In this document: piece after piece, positions 13,990 through 27,245 of the stretch
Position numbering within the stretch: position 1 is the stretch's first letter
Layout: each line of letters opens with the position of its first letter
DNA from: Octopus vulgaris
Lineage: Eukaryota
Length of the DNA stretch: 64,000 nucleotides
Assembly: GCA_951406725.2 (NCBI GenBank)
Contig: OX597820.1
Location: 52,514,001-52,578,000, forward strand
Direction: 5' to 3'
Position numbers and translations under genes: made by a program
Notes under the pieces: generated by a model
Database searches by the model: none
What the model saw: the letters and a program-made list of their open reading frames with translations, nothing else
Told to the model about the DNA's origin: nothing

Positions 13990-15137
13990 GAAAACAATAT
14001 ACTCACAGAATAACAGAGAGGTTTGCCTGTAATCATATTAGCAAAGCTATGGAAGGTAAAATGTTAAAGGTTTGGAAAAGAATGAGCTTTTCTTCATAGA
14101 AAACAAGAAATTTTGGCCAAACTTCCCTGGGGCATTTAGATAGACGTAACACTAGATGAAAAAATATAGGAGGAAGTTGTAAGCTGTTATTGAGGTAGAA
14201 CACTTTCCGTTTTGTCATCTCATGCTTGATGTATCATGTTAGATTTAGAAACGATATATTTATATGGAGATCTTTCAATGTCCCAATAAGTAGTATACAG
14301 TCAATCTCTTTCTATTTTTTTCTTCAATGATCCCTTTAAGCATTCACAAAGAAATGGGAGTCAGGAACAAGAAATATTATGATCAATCAAAGTGAAACCA
14401 GAAAAAATACGAAACAACAAAGTTTCACCATAATACATAACAATGTTTTCAAAAGCACTTTGAAAGTTGCAAACAACTTGAAAATATCTAAGATTGACAA
14501 AGATACAGATCCTGAAATATATAACCAGTTCGCACGAATGGATTAACAAACAGACCAGAATCAGTATCGCAATGGTTAATAAAGAGAAAATAATATTCAT
14601 TGCCAACATCAGAAATAAACACATTTGCACACCCATCACATGTTTGCTAATAACACAGGCCTCCTTTACATCTGTACGCTACAACTATTTTATCTTACCA
14701 AATGAAAATGAGACTTGGAAATGGGTGGATGGCAGTAATGATCAACTAATAGTAAATTGTGCGATTAGCAATTCAATTTTTTAAATACAAATAAATAAGT
14801 ATTTAGTACGGTGTGAATTCATTGCTGAGAAACATTATGCAACAGGCCACACTTTTCTAAACCATGAAGAAAAACAAAAACCGACAAACCAAATTTCAGA
14901 AGGTTAGTACAATCCAGAAGATATCTCTTTTAGGCTACAGACCTCAACATACGCATGACATTCCCAGTTCAATCCCAAAATCCACACTTCGCATATTCTT
15001 TGCACAACCCATAGATAAAACAAGTTTCACGGTTTATACTCTGTAATCCTCGTCCAATAAAATACGTGAACGAATGTTCCAAATAAACAATACCCGGCGT
15101 TTATAAACGATACTACAACAATAATAATATAAACGCT

Positions 15138-15355
15138 AAGGCGATGAGCTGGCAGAACTGTTAGCACGACGGACGAAATATTAAGCGTTATTTCCTCTAT
15201 CTTTATGTTCTGAGTTCAAACTCCGCCAAGTTCGACTTTGTCTTTCATCATTTCAGGGTTGATAAAATAAGTACCAAGTGAGCACTGGGGACGATGTAAT
15301 TGACTTATCCCCTACCCTCAACTCGCTGGCCTTGTGCCAAAATTTGAAACCAACA
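15138..15355 (+). mobile_element. SINE family B
   Basis: Head aaggcgatgagctggcagaa, B box gagttcaaa, and central gactttgtctttcatc..ggttgataaaataagtacca, as in 62088-62500. Confidence 0.85.
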
Positions 15356-15559
15356 ATAATATATAAATAGATGACAAATATGGAGGACGGCACAAGACGA
15401 TACCGTGTGAGACTGAATAAAAGACTGCTAGAAAATACGATAATAATAAAATATCGAAGAAAAAATAAGTCTGATAAAGGCTAAAACCACCGAGGGCTAT
15501 TCACAGAAATACCACAGACCCACGGTAGGCCTGACCACTAAGTTAAATGAGCTTTCCTC

Positions 15560-17250
15560 AAATCTACGGGCGCATGCTAGGAGCCGGTGGGTACATTGGA
15601 TGCCATGCTCACCTCTCTAGTCAGTCTTTCAACAAATTTGCTGGGATACGGCACCTTACCCTCCACCTTCATTTTGCATTTTCAAGGAAACTTAAAACAT
15701 TTTTTGATGGCTTGACTGAAAAGAAATGTGTCTATCTTCGGTCACTTAATTCTCGTTTAACACTCAACATTTTTCGCCAAGACTTCCAGTCTGATGAAAA
15801 TTGCGTATCATTCCAAGCCAGATGAAGGCGATATGATCTGTACAATGCATTCAACTGATAGCCATATTCGTGACACATTTGACTGCAGATTTTTTTTTAA
15901 CAAGCAATACTCGAGAACTAGAAGTGTACTTGCAAGAACAGTTTTGTCGCTCTGCGCGCATCCTGCATAGGTCCAGATGAGGTCACTATCGTGACTGCAG
16001 AGTTTTTCTCAAACTGGCAACCATCTTGGTAACATTACTAGGCCAGGGATTCATGGAAAGTATCCATGGGTCCAGAGTCAAAAGACCTCGGGAACAGGCT
16101 TGCCAGTTAATTTCGGTTGTTGCCTAGGGTCCCTACAAGGACAACACACTCTTCACCTTCACTAATTCTCTATAAATGCCTGACTGCATAGGCTGAGAGC
16201 GCTTGACATCATTCCATTTGCCAAGTGGTTTACCACAGTCTGTGTTTCACTCAGAACTGTAATACTATCAAACGGCGATCAAACATATTCCCCGTGATGC
16301 AATTATTATCGCAGCCTCAACGCTCTCCTATGCATTATAAGCCACTGTTAGCCTATTCTTCCATTCGACGGGTATTAGTAACAAATGGGGATCCTGAGCA
16401 GTGAAATGATCTCCTTCTACAATATGTGGAGTAAATGTTCTAGTCTGCTCATAGGTAAACTGGGGAAGGCAAGCAGTAAATCGGTAAAAGATGATGATGA
16501 TGATATCGACGTTCACTACCTCTCCACGGACAGTTTTCTCTCGGTTGTTTTCTGGTTGGGACGAGTCGCACTGAGTTTCACCTCGTTTTGATTCTTCTCC
16601 GCCTGGAGAAAATTCCAAGAGTTCAACCTCCTTGCAGAGCCCCACGACTTTGTTTGAAGACAAGGATTTGCATCCCTTCCCAAACATTTCGTGTCTGAGT
16701 TTGTACGCGTCATCGCCTTGTATTCCCTTAGATGAGGATCAATGTACAAGCATCGACCTATCTAAAGCTTTTGATTGATGTAAACGGTTCAAGGCCTCCA
16801 CCTGCGCCAGGTTTGCTACTCACCCTCTGTATCTGTATTACATTTTGTTGATACTGTCGTAGATAGACCTGTTCGAAATTGTGCATTTCACGCATCACCA
16901 CAAGCTAACAAGACAAGCTTCAAACTCTTAGCTAACACCTTGTTCAAAATCTTGGACTTTACGTTTAGTAAATTAGTGGGATGATGGTTATCCATGTAAC
17001 CCTCTTACCTTCTTGTTTGGGTCCCTTCTCAGCAATGCAACAGCTCCGTCTCTCACAGATCTGGGTACACTGCCGTTCTGTTGCCAATAATAATAGATAT
17101 CTGTAAAGAGGATGCAGAACGAGTCTGAAGCGCAGAAGTAAAGATTTTTGTTTAAACCATCCAAACCAGGCGATTTTCCCCTTACTTCTGTGTAACGAGC
17201 CATCGTTTCAGGAATATCACAACCTTTGCCGGCTTTTTGCAACACTCTAA
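15560..17250 (-). mobile_element. Decayed, internally deleted L1/Tx1-group LINE ORF2
   Basis: Minus-strand remnants: GKSPGLDGL..WQQNGSVP..VALLRRDPNK; a degenerate 'PTNLLNVKSKILNKVLAK' (RPITLLN..KILAK); 'QSKALDR' (DQSKAFDR); and C-terminal region remnants at ~15600-16070. Many stops and frameshifts. Confidence 0.75.
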
Positions 17251-18114
17251 CTCTAAACTCTATTGCCGACAGTGTAAATTGTGTTCGGCTTGTGTTTATA
17301 ATGTTGCTGATGTCTATAGTGATGGTCGTATATTGTAGTGGTGGTCGAGGTAGGATGTGATCGTGTTGATAGTATTAGTGTAATTGTTAAGGGTGCTGTT
17401 GTTGTATCTTTTATTTTTTCTTTGTTGAAAGACAACGTACCACTGATGTAGAGACGCAAACCATCGAACGGATTGATGTCCACAACAAATGAAAGAGGAA
17501 AGAAGAACCAAACTGCTGCAGACGCCTTTTGTCGCACCAGGAATAACAACAATAACTAAAGCAGAAGCAATGCTAAAAAGAACGGCGTGCAACCACAACA
17601 ACAGTAACAGCAACAACAACGACTGAAACAGTAAAATTAACAGCCACGAAAGCATGAGTAACAACATTACAAACAGTATCAGCAACAACAACATCCAGAG
17701 TGGAAGCAGCAAGAACAAAAGCAACCAAAAACAGTTTCGCCACCCACAAGGGAAACCAAGGGGAAAAGCATTGCAACAAAAAAGCTGGGAGGTCCTTTTA
17801 ACCTCCTAACATTTTTTTTTTTTCATTGGCAAGCTTTTTCCTCTTTTCCATTTCTTTCTAGCGGGGCCATTCTGCTATACAACCTCTTCCCCGTCACCTT
17901 CGCCACACGACATGCCTGAGTGGCCCAAAGCGGGGAGAGGTGTGTCATTTGGAGTGGCGTGCATTGTAGTTTTGATCTGTGGTTGTACTTTTTATTCTGT
18001 TTGCTATTGTTGTCGGTGATGTGATATCTCTTGGGGTGAAACTTGTTTTTTGATTTGCTTTTCTGGCTCTTTTATAGGAATATTAAATCGAACGCAACTC
18101 TTGAGAGATACTTT

Positions 18115-18230
18115 ATATTATCGATCCACAAATGTTCAAAGGCAAAGATGACCGAATCATGATTTGAACTCAGAACATAGAGGGCAGTAAATAAATAGAA
18201 CAGCAATTTTGTCTGACACACTGACGATCA
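18115..18230 (-). mobile_element. Decayed SINE family B
   Basis: tatcgatcc..aaaggcaaagatgacc..atttgaactcagaac is the reverse complement of the family B core. Confidence 0.6.
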
Positions 18231-18461
18231 TGTGTAGAGAAGGCTTACTGTTAATATGTTAATAGATTATTGAAGGTGATCTAAATGGATTAGTGTTGTA
18301 ACTCAAACTGTCAGCTATTCGTGAAAAGCATTCGTACATTAAGTTTGATTCTCAAGGAACGACACTTTGACGAGAGAACCATTCACACATTTATATATAC
18401 ACACTGGTATGTTTCATCAACAACAATAACATATCAATTACACGAAAACACGTAGGCAAAC

Positions 18462-18536
<75 letters not shown>

Positions 18537-18799
18537 TATGTATGCATGCATGTGTGTGTGTATGTGTGTGTGAGTGTAAATGTAATAATAAATATATACT
18601 CACATGGTGGAATTTCATTGTACATGATAAACACATATATATAAGCATGCATGCATATTTGTAATATTGCAATGCCTATATACATATACATACATATAAG
18701 CACATACCAAAATCCGAACTACAATAACATTTCTCCAAAATGCAATATAAGCACGGCGATGTCTACTCTCCTTTTGCGCGTGTATGTGTGTGTATATAC

Positions 18800-18842
<43 letters not shown>

Positions 18843-19046
18843 CATATATGTGTGCGTGTGTGTGTGTGTAATAATGTTTGATTTTATACTATGATAAAAA
18901 CAATTTTACGTTAAACTCAATACATTTGGTAGAATACAAAATCTATTGTTTTTAACAAAAATATTATTATTTAAAGTGACTTGGATGTCTCGGCCAGCTA
19001 AGCCGTCATCGGACTCTCTCACTCTCTCTCTCTATCTCTATCTCCC

Positions 19047-19090
<44 letters not shown>

Positions 19091-21459
19091 CTTAGCACTT
19101 CGTCCTTTCGAGGTTGATAATAAAGTGTTGAAGTCTAATACTGAGAGCGATGTAATCGGTTTAGCCCTACCACAAAATACTCAATACTTATAAGCTATAC
19201 GTGAAAGCATATTCACACACAAACAAAAGTACATATGCACACCGCAGAACAGTCGTACACTACGAAACAACACAAATTTATAATCATGAATCTCACTATG
19301 TTACTACATGATATGATATTACACAAAACAAACATATAGTCACCAGCAATACTGTTATCACAATGACACTGGCACACAGCCCGTGCGTATTCACTCATAG
19401 ATTCCTCACCAGCGTCCTTAGAAACAACGCTCAGAAGGTCCAAACAAATACACTGGCAAACAGATACATGCAAATATATTACATACAAATACACATAGTC
19501 ATCAGCGTAAACGACGTCATCACTGTGTCTTCAGACACATCGCTACACACCACTACACACCGCAACGCACCATCATCGCCGCCACCAACAATCTTATGAA
19601 TGAAGCCTTTCTAGTGTGTCCCACACGACTGTTCGTTTGATGTGACAGCATAAAAGTGAAATACCCTACCAACACCATTGCCAATGCGGTGAAGTTACAA
19701 GGATAGAGCAAAGTAGGCTTGCAAGAATATACGCACACACACACATGTGTATATATATGTATATATATGTGTGTGTGTATATATATGTGTGTATATATAT
19801 ATATATGTGTACATATAGTCACACATATATATATATAATTACATATACATATATATATATGTGACTATATGCACATTACATATATATAGTCATATATATA
19901 TATGTATGTATATACGTATATATTCATGTGCATTCATAAACACACACACATACATATGTGCATATATGTGTATATATGTACACAGACATACACACACATG
20001 TATACACACATTCAAACGTCCGCTGACGCACGCATACACACGCGTCAGAAACACAGTGTAAATGGGGAGAGAAGGAAGGGAAGAAATCTGCTGGGGAAGA
20101 CTGGGTTAGAATTATGAACAGAAAATGTTGGTCTAGGAAGGGAGTGAAGTCTTGAAGAAAGATGGAGGGCTATGTGCAGGAGAAGGAGTGTCTTGAACGA
20201 TAGGGGAGAGAGAGAGAGAGTGAAGAGTGGGCAATGCATGGAAATAATGTTGTTAGATGCTGGAGGAAATCTTGTTTGGGAAGAATAGTGTGAGAAAGGG
20301 TAGTAGAGGAAGAGAGAGAAACGTTGCAAGTGAGTAAAAATTTCAAGTGAAAGTTTAAGAAGAATGGAGAAAGTTATAGAAGTGCAGATATAAAAAAAAG
20401 ATAACGGAAAAAGAAAACGTGAAGGAGAGACGGAATGAAGAGAAAAGATGTGAGAGAATAAACGTGATTTTGATGAATGAAAAGTAAGGGAACAGAGAGT
20501 AAGATTGAGTCAATATTAGGAAGATTAAGTTTGTATGGAAGGAGTGGAAAAACAGAGATAGAAAATACAGGAAATGAGTGTGATGAGAGAGGGTAATAAA
20601 CATACGCATACATTCACACGAGGATACACTCACAAACATAACACCTCTCACACACACGCACTCAGGCACGCACGCACGCACATATACAGAGAGAGAGTGG
20701 GGGAATGAGGGAAATAGTGTTATGGAGAGAAAAGAAGAGAATGAGGTAGAGGTTGGTTTGTTAAAGGTCAGAAATACGTAAAAAGGAAAGATACAGAGAA
20801 GGAATTAGAAGATAGAGTTGAAAACCAAGAAGAAAACTCGAGGAAGCTATGTGTGCGGGATAACAGAAAGACTGTGTACGCGTGTGTATGAGGGAGAGAG
20901 ACAGACAGAGGAGGGTGCTCGTGCAAGAAACAGAAAGATCAAAACAGAATAATGACCACTTGATATGAAGCCCAGAAAGTATTCACAAATGTTTATTTTT
21001 CTTTCTTTTTATGCATTAAGGCTTAACATGCGCTTTCTTTCAATTAACCTGCATTTAATACTTGTGTATTATGTATCCCAATATACGGGGTAGTTTTTTT
21101 TTTTTCTTCTGTAAACTAGGGAATTCTCCTTGTCCTTGATAATGTATTTTTCACATATATTTTACGTCCACTGTAAAGGTGAAAGCAAATTTTAACAAGT
21201 ATTAACGCCACCGTATACCTTGTTATACCCCCGTTAGGCCGACGCCAATATCTGTTTATGGTTTGCAAGACATATGATATTGATTCACGAAAGAAGGGTT
21301 TAAAGTCTGAGACACGTTGGGTATAAAAAGGTTGGTGCATCCGGAGGACAAGGACTTACTTGACCACACAAAACGGCAGATATGTAGGTTTTACGATGAA
21401 AGAGACAGAAAGAGGATACAACATGTCATTGGCTAGTGGCTTTGACATATTGATTTTGA

Positions 21460-21640
21460 AATTTTGCGATGAGACCAGTAATTTCGGAAACGAGGTAAGT
21501 CGATTAAATTGTCCCCAATACTTCACGGGTAAATATTTTATCGACCCCGAAAGGATAAAAGGCAAAATCGACATGTGCGAAATTTGAACTCAGAACTGCT
21601 ACAAGCATTTTGACCTGCGTGTCAACGGTTTTGACCAGTT
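21460..21640 (-). mobile_element. SINE family B
   Basis: tttatcgaccccgaaaggataaaaggcaaaatcgac...atttgaactcagaac is the reverse complement of the family B core. Confidence 0.75.
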
Positions 21641-22075
21641 AGACAATTTTCTTTTTCTCTTATATTTTTGATCGAGTATGTTCTTGTATTTAGCAGCAAC
21701 AGCATCCAAGATATATAAGTGGTATTCTAATAATGCTCCTTAGCTTGTGTCTGGTAAAGGTTTACCAGGCAGTCTGTTTTCCTTGATGATGATGATGATG
21801 ATGATGATAATGTTTAGCCCAAAAAAACTCTAAATACCTAGAGCAATATCAAATGTTCTCTCTAGCTTTTACCAATACGTTAAGTGTATCTAAGTGTAAG
21901 TTATTCAATACTACGTATTTTTAAACAACAGAATATAATTTGATGGTGATATACAAGATATTTCTTTCTATAGTTTCCATTACTGAGGAGAAAGCAAAGA
22001 TTTTCAAATTTGGTTATATTTCGCCTGCTTATTAATGCATATTGAGTAGCAGAAATACAGATGGTAGTTTAGATA

Positions 22076-23301
22076 TTAGGTCATCAAGTATGAAATCTAT
22101 AGTAAGGTGTATGGTAAACTTTGACAGCTGCTCATTTTGCGCCATTATTATATTTTGACAATCAGAAAGCTGACACACCAACTTTTTTTATTCTAACTCC
22201 TTTTGTGCTTTATAAAGTATTTATAATTATTTTTTGTTATTTTTATTTAGAGATGGATAAATCGGAATTTCGTACAGTTTTCAAATATGAGTTCTTTCTT
22301 GGAAATACAGCATCACAGACAGCTCGGAATATTAATGTTATTAGACAGCAGATAGCATCAAATTGGTTTGCAAAATTTGGTTCTGATAACTTTAACCTCA
22401 CAAATGAGCAACAAAGGTGGATAATGACGACCTGAAAGCCACCGTCGAGTCATATCCATCTCAAAGTTCCCGTGAATTATCGTTAATTTTGGAGTTAGCA
22501 AGCAAACAATATTGATACACCTAGTTCAAATCGTTGAATAAGTGGGTTCCACATAAACTCAATGAAAATCAGAAATAGCAACGTTTGGAAGCTTGCATTA
22601 TGCTACTTTCTCATCACAAAAATGAATGGTTTTTGACTCGAATTGTAACACGTGATAAGAAATGGATCCAATACAACATCCGTAAACGTTCAGCACAATG
22701 GCTGGACAAAGACAAACCACCAAAACACAGTCCAAAAAGCAAACTTTATCAAAATTAGCTGATGGTGTGTGTTTGGTGGTCTGGTGCATGTATGATCCAT
22801 TATAATTTCATTAAACCTGGCTCATCAATCACGGTCGAAGTATACTGCAGCCAATTGGAACAAAAGATGCAGAAACTTACAAAAAGTCACTCTAGATTAG
22901 TCAACAGATCCACCCCTATCTTATTGCAAGACAATACCAGACGACACATCGCAAAAAATGGCATTGGCGAAAATACAGGAGTTGGTGTTGGAAGTTCCCC
23001 ATCATCCACCATACTTACCTGACCTTGCTCCCACGGACTACCACTTCTTTCAGAATTTGGGTAACGTTCTAATAAGAAAAAGATTTAATTCCGACGATGC
23101 TGTAAAATAGGCCTTCCAAGATTTTATTGACTCAAGATTGCCAGGATTTTACAGTTCCGGGCTGGACAAGCTACCACTGAAATGGCAAAAGTGTATACAC
23201 AATATGGGCGCATTCTTTGATGAATAAAATTGTTCCTTGTATTTATAAAACATTAGCAAACTTTTTTTTCTTTTCAACATATTTCATTCTTCACGACCTA
23301 A
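22076..23301 (+). mobile_element. Complete but defective mariner (DD34D) DNA transposon
   Basis: TIRs ttaggtcatcaagtatgaaat / atttcattcttcacgacctaa match at 18/21 positions, with TA on both sides. The transposase pseudogene (22253-23227) has WVPHKL, IVTRDKKW, MVCVWW, LLQDN, HPPYLPDLAPTDYH and a terminal GAFFDE*. Several stops and frameshifts. Confidence 0.92.
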
Positions 23302-23460
23302 TAATTTTCATTCTCAATTTAGACAGACTGAAGCTATATAGTAGATTAAGAAATTTAAAGTTCTTCGTACAGCATTATATATTTTTAAAAATGAATAGAA
23401 ACGACGTTTCGGATACTTTTCCGTTTTAATAATTAGATGTTTTTCAAATATATATATATA

Positions 23461-23553
23461 TTCTGCTTGAGTAGTCCATGGTGTCCCGAAATAATCAAGT
23501 AAAAGATTTTTCCAGTTGGTGCTATTGAGTTAGTCATGGCCTGGGCCGATAAT
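23461..23553 (+). mobile_element. ~90-bp 3'-end fragment related to the LINE at 29521-34166
   Basis: tctgcttgagtagtccatggtgtcccgaa...ccagttggtgctattgagttagtcatggcctgggccgataat aligns with the LINE's last codons and 3'UTR (tctacttgagtgggccatagtgcccaaa...ccaggtggtgctattaagttagacatggcctgggccaataat). Flanked by (TA)n on both sides. Confidence 0.8.
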
Positions 23554-23622
23554 TATAGATATATATATATATATACAGAGAGAGATTAATACAGATATGT
23601 ATGTATAAATATAGATATATAC

Positions 23623-23653
<31 letters not shown>

Positions 23654-23725
23654 CACACATATACATATATATATATCATATACATATATATATATATATA
23701 AATATACATATATATACACACACAC

Positions 23726-23852
<127 letters not shown>

Positions 23853-25404
23853 TAGGAATTTTTGTCAACATACACACACACGCGACTGCATGCTCTTACC
23901 CAAATAGCTATATATAAGTATGTATCATTACATACGTATTTGCATACATCCATAAATTCCAAATGAATGGTTTCTTCCGTCAATTTCGATGTATGAGCAT
24001 CCAGTTGCTGAATTGGCCGATCAGCTCACTGAATGTCCATGTTAAGGGGCTGAGATTCTGACAGGAATACGGACTTTTTACATCAGTGGGTTTAATTTTG
24101 AGAAAGCTAAACTTTTGAGTTACAATAACTAAGAATCAGACACCTTTCACGCTCTTTGCTGATATGAGATCATGGTAAATGTTTTTGACCAAGACGCCAC
24201 GGAAGGGGATCAAATACGGCAATTAGTCGTTCAGAAGTAAATTTCGTAGTCCCTCATCATATCTGAACCGATGCATACATATAGGTATACGCATATACTT
24301 GCATGTGTGTCTAAGTTTGTGAGAACATGTGATGAGAGTCACGACGCTCCCTTGCGAGAAATAGACTGGGCGGAGCGATTATAAATAGTAGAGGTCGGAG
24401 TGAAGTTTGTCTGTTAGTTCGTGTTGAGTTCGCAGTGAAATCGGAAGATGTCGGTTGCTTAGTTCGTTTGGAACGAAAACCAGCACAGAAAGATAGGGAG
24501 AGAGAGAGAGAGAGAGAAAGAGACAGAGAATAAAAGAGACACAAGCAGATAGGCAGCACACACACACACACACAAAACAAACAAACAAACAAGCAAACAC
24601 ACACACACACACTCACACAAGAATATACTTACAGTTTGTCTATGTCTCTCTACCTTGCTATTTACCTCTCTCTTTCTCACTACACAGCTTAGAGACTACT
24701 TCTTTACACATATCAACACATATCTATTTCCCGTTTTTGTTTATCCCTAGCTCATCGATCAAATAAGGCATATGTAATCAAAGATATTCCATCCATGACC
24801 ACCAGATATTTTACTGAAGTTTCTTATAAATAAATCTAGTGTATAAATATGACATTTTTAAAACTGTAGAATGTGATTTAAAAGATTCTGTTGCTTTTTT
24901 GTAAGTAATCATGCAGCCACATGGAGGCACTTCTTCCTTTTGCTGTATTAGTTATAGCGGTTCTGTCATTAGGAAATCCAATACCACAAAATTGATATGG
25001 TAGCACCAAGTCACATTGTGAAATATTTCAATAAACCATGTAAAGCAATAATAGTTGTGGTATTGGAATTTTAAGTGTCTCCTTCTCCCTCAAGTCTCAT
25101 GTCCTACTTATTCCCCTACGTCATAAGTGGTGTATATGTCACAATGAATTATTATATTTTACAAAGCTGAGATTATATCTGTGTCATGTGTAACTTATAT
25201 GTTATATAATCTGCGTTTCGTTGTTGCTTTACTGTTTACATCCCATCTGACTATTCCCATATTTGTATACATAAACACATATATACATAAACACATACAT
25301 ACATATATACATACGTGCTTAGATACATACGCTTCATGCCTTTAACGATAAGATTGGGAACTTAGCATATTGGCAGCACCCGCAAATTTTGCGGGGGATT
25401 AGGG

Positions 25405-25527
25405 ATCGAGCGAACAAAACAATTCAGTGTTCGCGTTGCACCTTAGGCAAGAGTCTTCTTCTGTAGCCTCGAGCCGACCAAAGCCTTGTGAGTGGATTTG
25501 GTAGACGGAATCTGAAAGAAGCCCGTC

Positions 25528-25578
<51 letters not shown>

Positions 25579-26260
25579 CATAAAGGAATACAAAAAAATA
25601 GGGCAAGAACTCAAAACACCCAGACAGATGATACAAAAAAGGGACAGGAAAAACAAGGACGGGTCATTCGGAGTTTTCTTTCCTCAGTTGAGTTCCAGAT
25701 TATCTTTGCAATTTCGGCCGGTTATGCTCGAGATTGCTCCAATCTGGGCAGCCCCAATTAAAAACTAAGCTAAGAGACTAGATTCTTGGAAGAAAGCAGC
25801 GAATGTATACGAAACAATGATGGAAAAACAAAACGAAGAAATGGTACACAAATACAAATGCAAATATAACAGGACATGGTGGGGGAATATAGATGTTTCA
25901 CGGATGGTAGTCGAACCAAGAAAGAAAAGTCAGGCTTGGCCGAAGAACGGTCACGTGGAGAGAGAGAGGAGAGAGGTAGAGGCAGAGGGATATAAAAATT
26001 ATGGAGGGACGAGAAATAAAGAAAAGGGTCATGTGTGGGTGTGTGGGTGTGTGTGTCTGTGCTTGCCCCCACTCCATCGCTTAACAACTGATGTCGGTGT
26101 GTTTACGTGTCTATAACTTAACGGTTCGGCAAAAGAGACCGACAGAGCAAGTACTAGGCTTACAAAGAATAAGTCCTGGGGTTGATTTGTTCGACTAAAG
26201 GGGATGCTCCAGCATGGCCGCAGTCAAATCACTGAAACAAGTATAAGAATAAAAGAATGC
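25405..26260 (+). mobile_element. SINE family A split by a ~450-bp insertion in its internal microsatellite
   Basis: The 5' body lies at 25405-25530 (gcaccttaggcaagag..gacggaatctgaaagaagcccgtcg) and the 3' half at 26055-26260. Unrelated sequence fills ~25585-26030. Confidence 0.8.
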
Positions 26261-26296
26261 ACAAATGCATATATATTTGTGTGTGTGTGTGTGTTA

Positions 26297-26777
26297 TACA
26301 TCGTTATACGACGGTCTTCCTTGTCTAAACGCTGAACTTCCTCAACCGGCTTCTCGTTTTGGCTTGTTAATGACGTGCCAAATCCTATGCGTGTCACGCT
26401 CTCCACTGAGATTCGAAAAGACTTGAAGCTGCTGTTCCACACCACTCCTTGGTCTGAATTTTGTTTATGACATGATCACCAAAGGTGTGTTGATTCTTCG
26501 GGATGGTTTGAATCAACAAGCTTTTGACAAAACTAGATGCAATATCTATGCTCAATGCGTTCGGTCAATTTACTTGAAAACGAAAATCCGACGAGCACGT
26601 ACAATACGTGTATTCTGTAGGTGTAATAGTCGGGAACTGATGCAGTCTACCGGCGCGAAAATTTTCACGCATGCGCAGGAAGGTTGTCGTCATTTCACAA
26701 TCAATGGATTTTTCCCATGTCGTATTAAATTTGGCAAGGAAAAGGATAGTCAAAACGCACCTTTTGAACGCGCCTCG
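26297..26777 (-). mobile_element. Mariner 5' fragment (one TIR plus transposase N-terminus)
   Basis: The minus strand begins TA|cgaggcgcgttcaaaagg, a mariner-type TIR. It encodes decayed TERIEHRYCI*FCQKL..KEW..FKSFRISVES..TS.NE..VEEVQRL..EDRRIT, the mariner HTH region. Confidence 0.8.
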
Positions 26778-26799
26778 TATATATATATAATAATGGCAC

Positions 26800-27110
26800 T
26801 CTGTCACTTACGGCGATGAGAGTTCCAGTTGATCCGATCAACAAAACAGCCTGCAAGTGAAATTAACGAGGAAATGGCTTACCACTCCACAGACACGTGT
26901 ACTGCTTACTTAGTTCTCGGTGAGATTCAGCCTGATACTGAACGTGACAAAGATGTCCCTTTTGAAATACGAGTACTACTTTTTTTTTGCCAGCTGAGTG
27001 GACTAGAGCGACTCGAAATATAGTGTCTTGATCAACGACACAACGCGTCGCCGTGAATTAAACTGTGGACCTTACGACCGTGTGCAGAGTACCCTGACCA
27101 CTAAGCTATG
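26800..27110 (-). mobile_element. tRNA-derived SINE family C
   Basis: Minus-strand head gcatagcttagtggtcagggt (A box), then gttgtgtcgttgatcaagacact and the tail ...caactggaactctcatcgccgtaa. Confidence 0.7.
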
Positions 27111-27207
27111 CATATATGTCGTACCTAATATATATTTTTGCTACCAGATACATATACACATATTTATATGTATATACACTCTCCAAGAGAAAGAAATACG
27201 CAAACAT

Positions 27208-27245
<38 letters not shown>

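Noticed and set aside
25655-25695. Minus-strand CTGAGGA...GAA...GTC hammerhead-like string
   Set aside because: GAAA is incomplete and stems I and II are not convincing in this copy.
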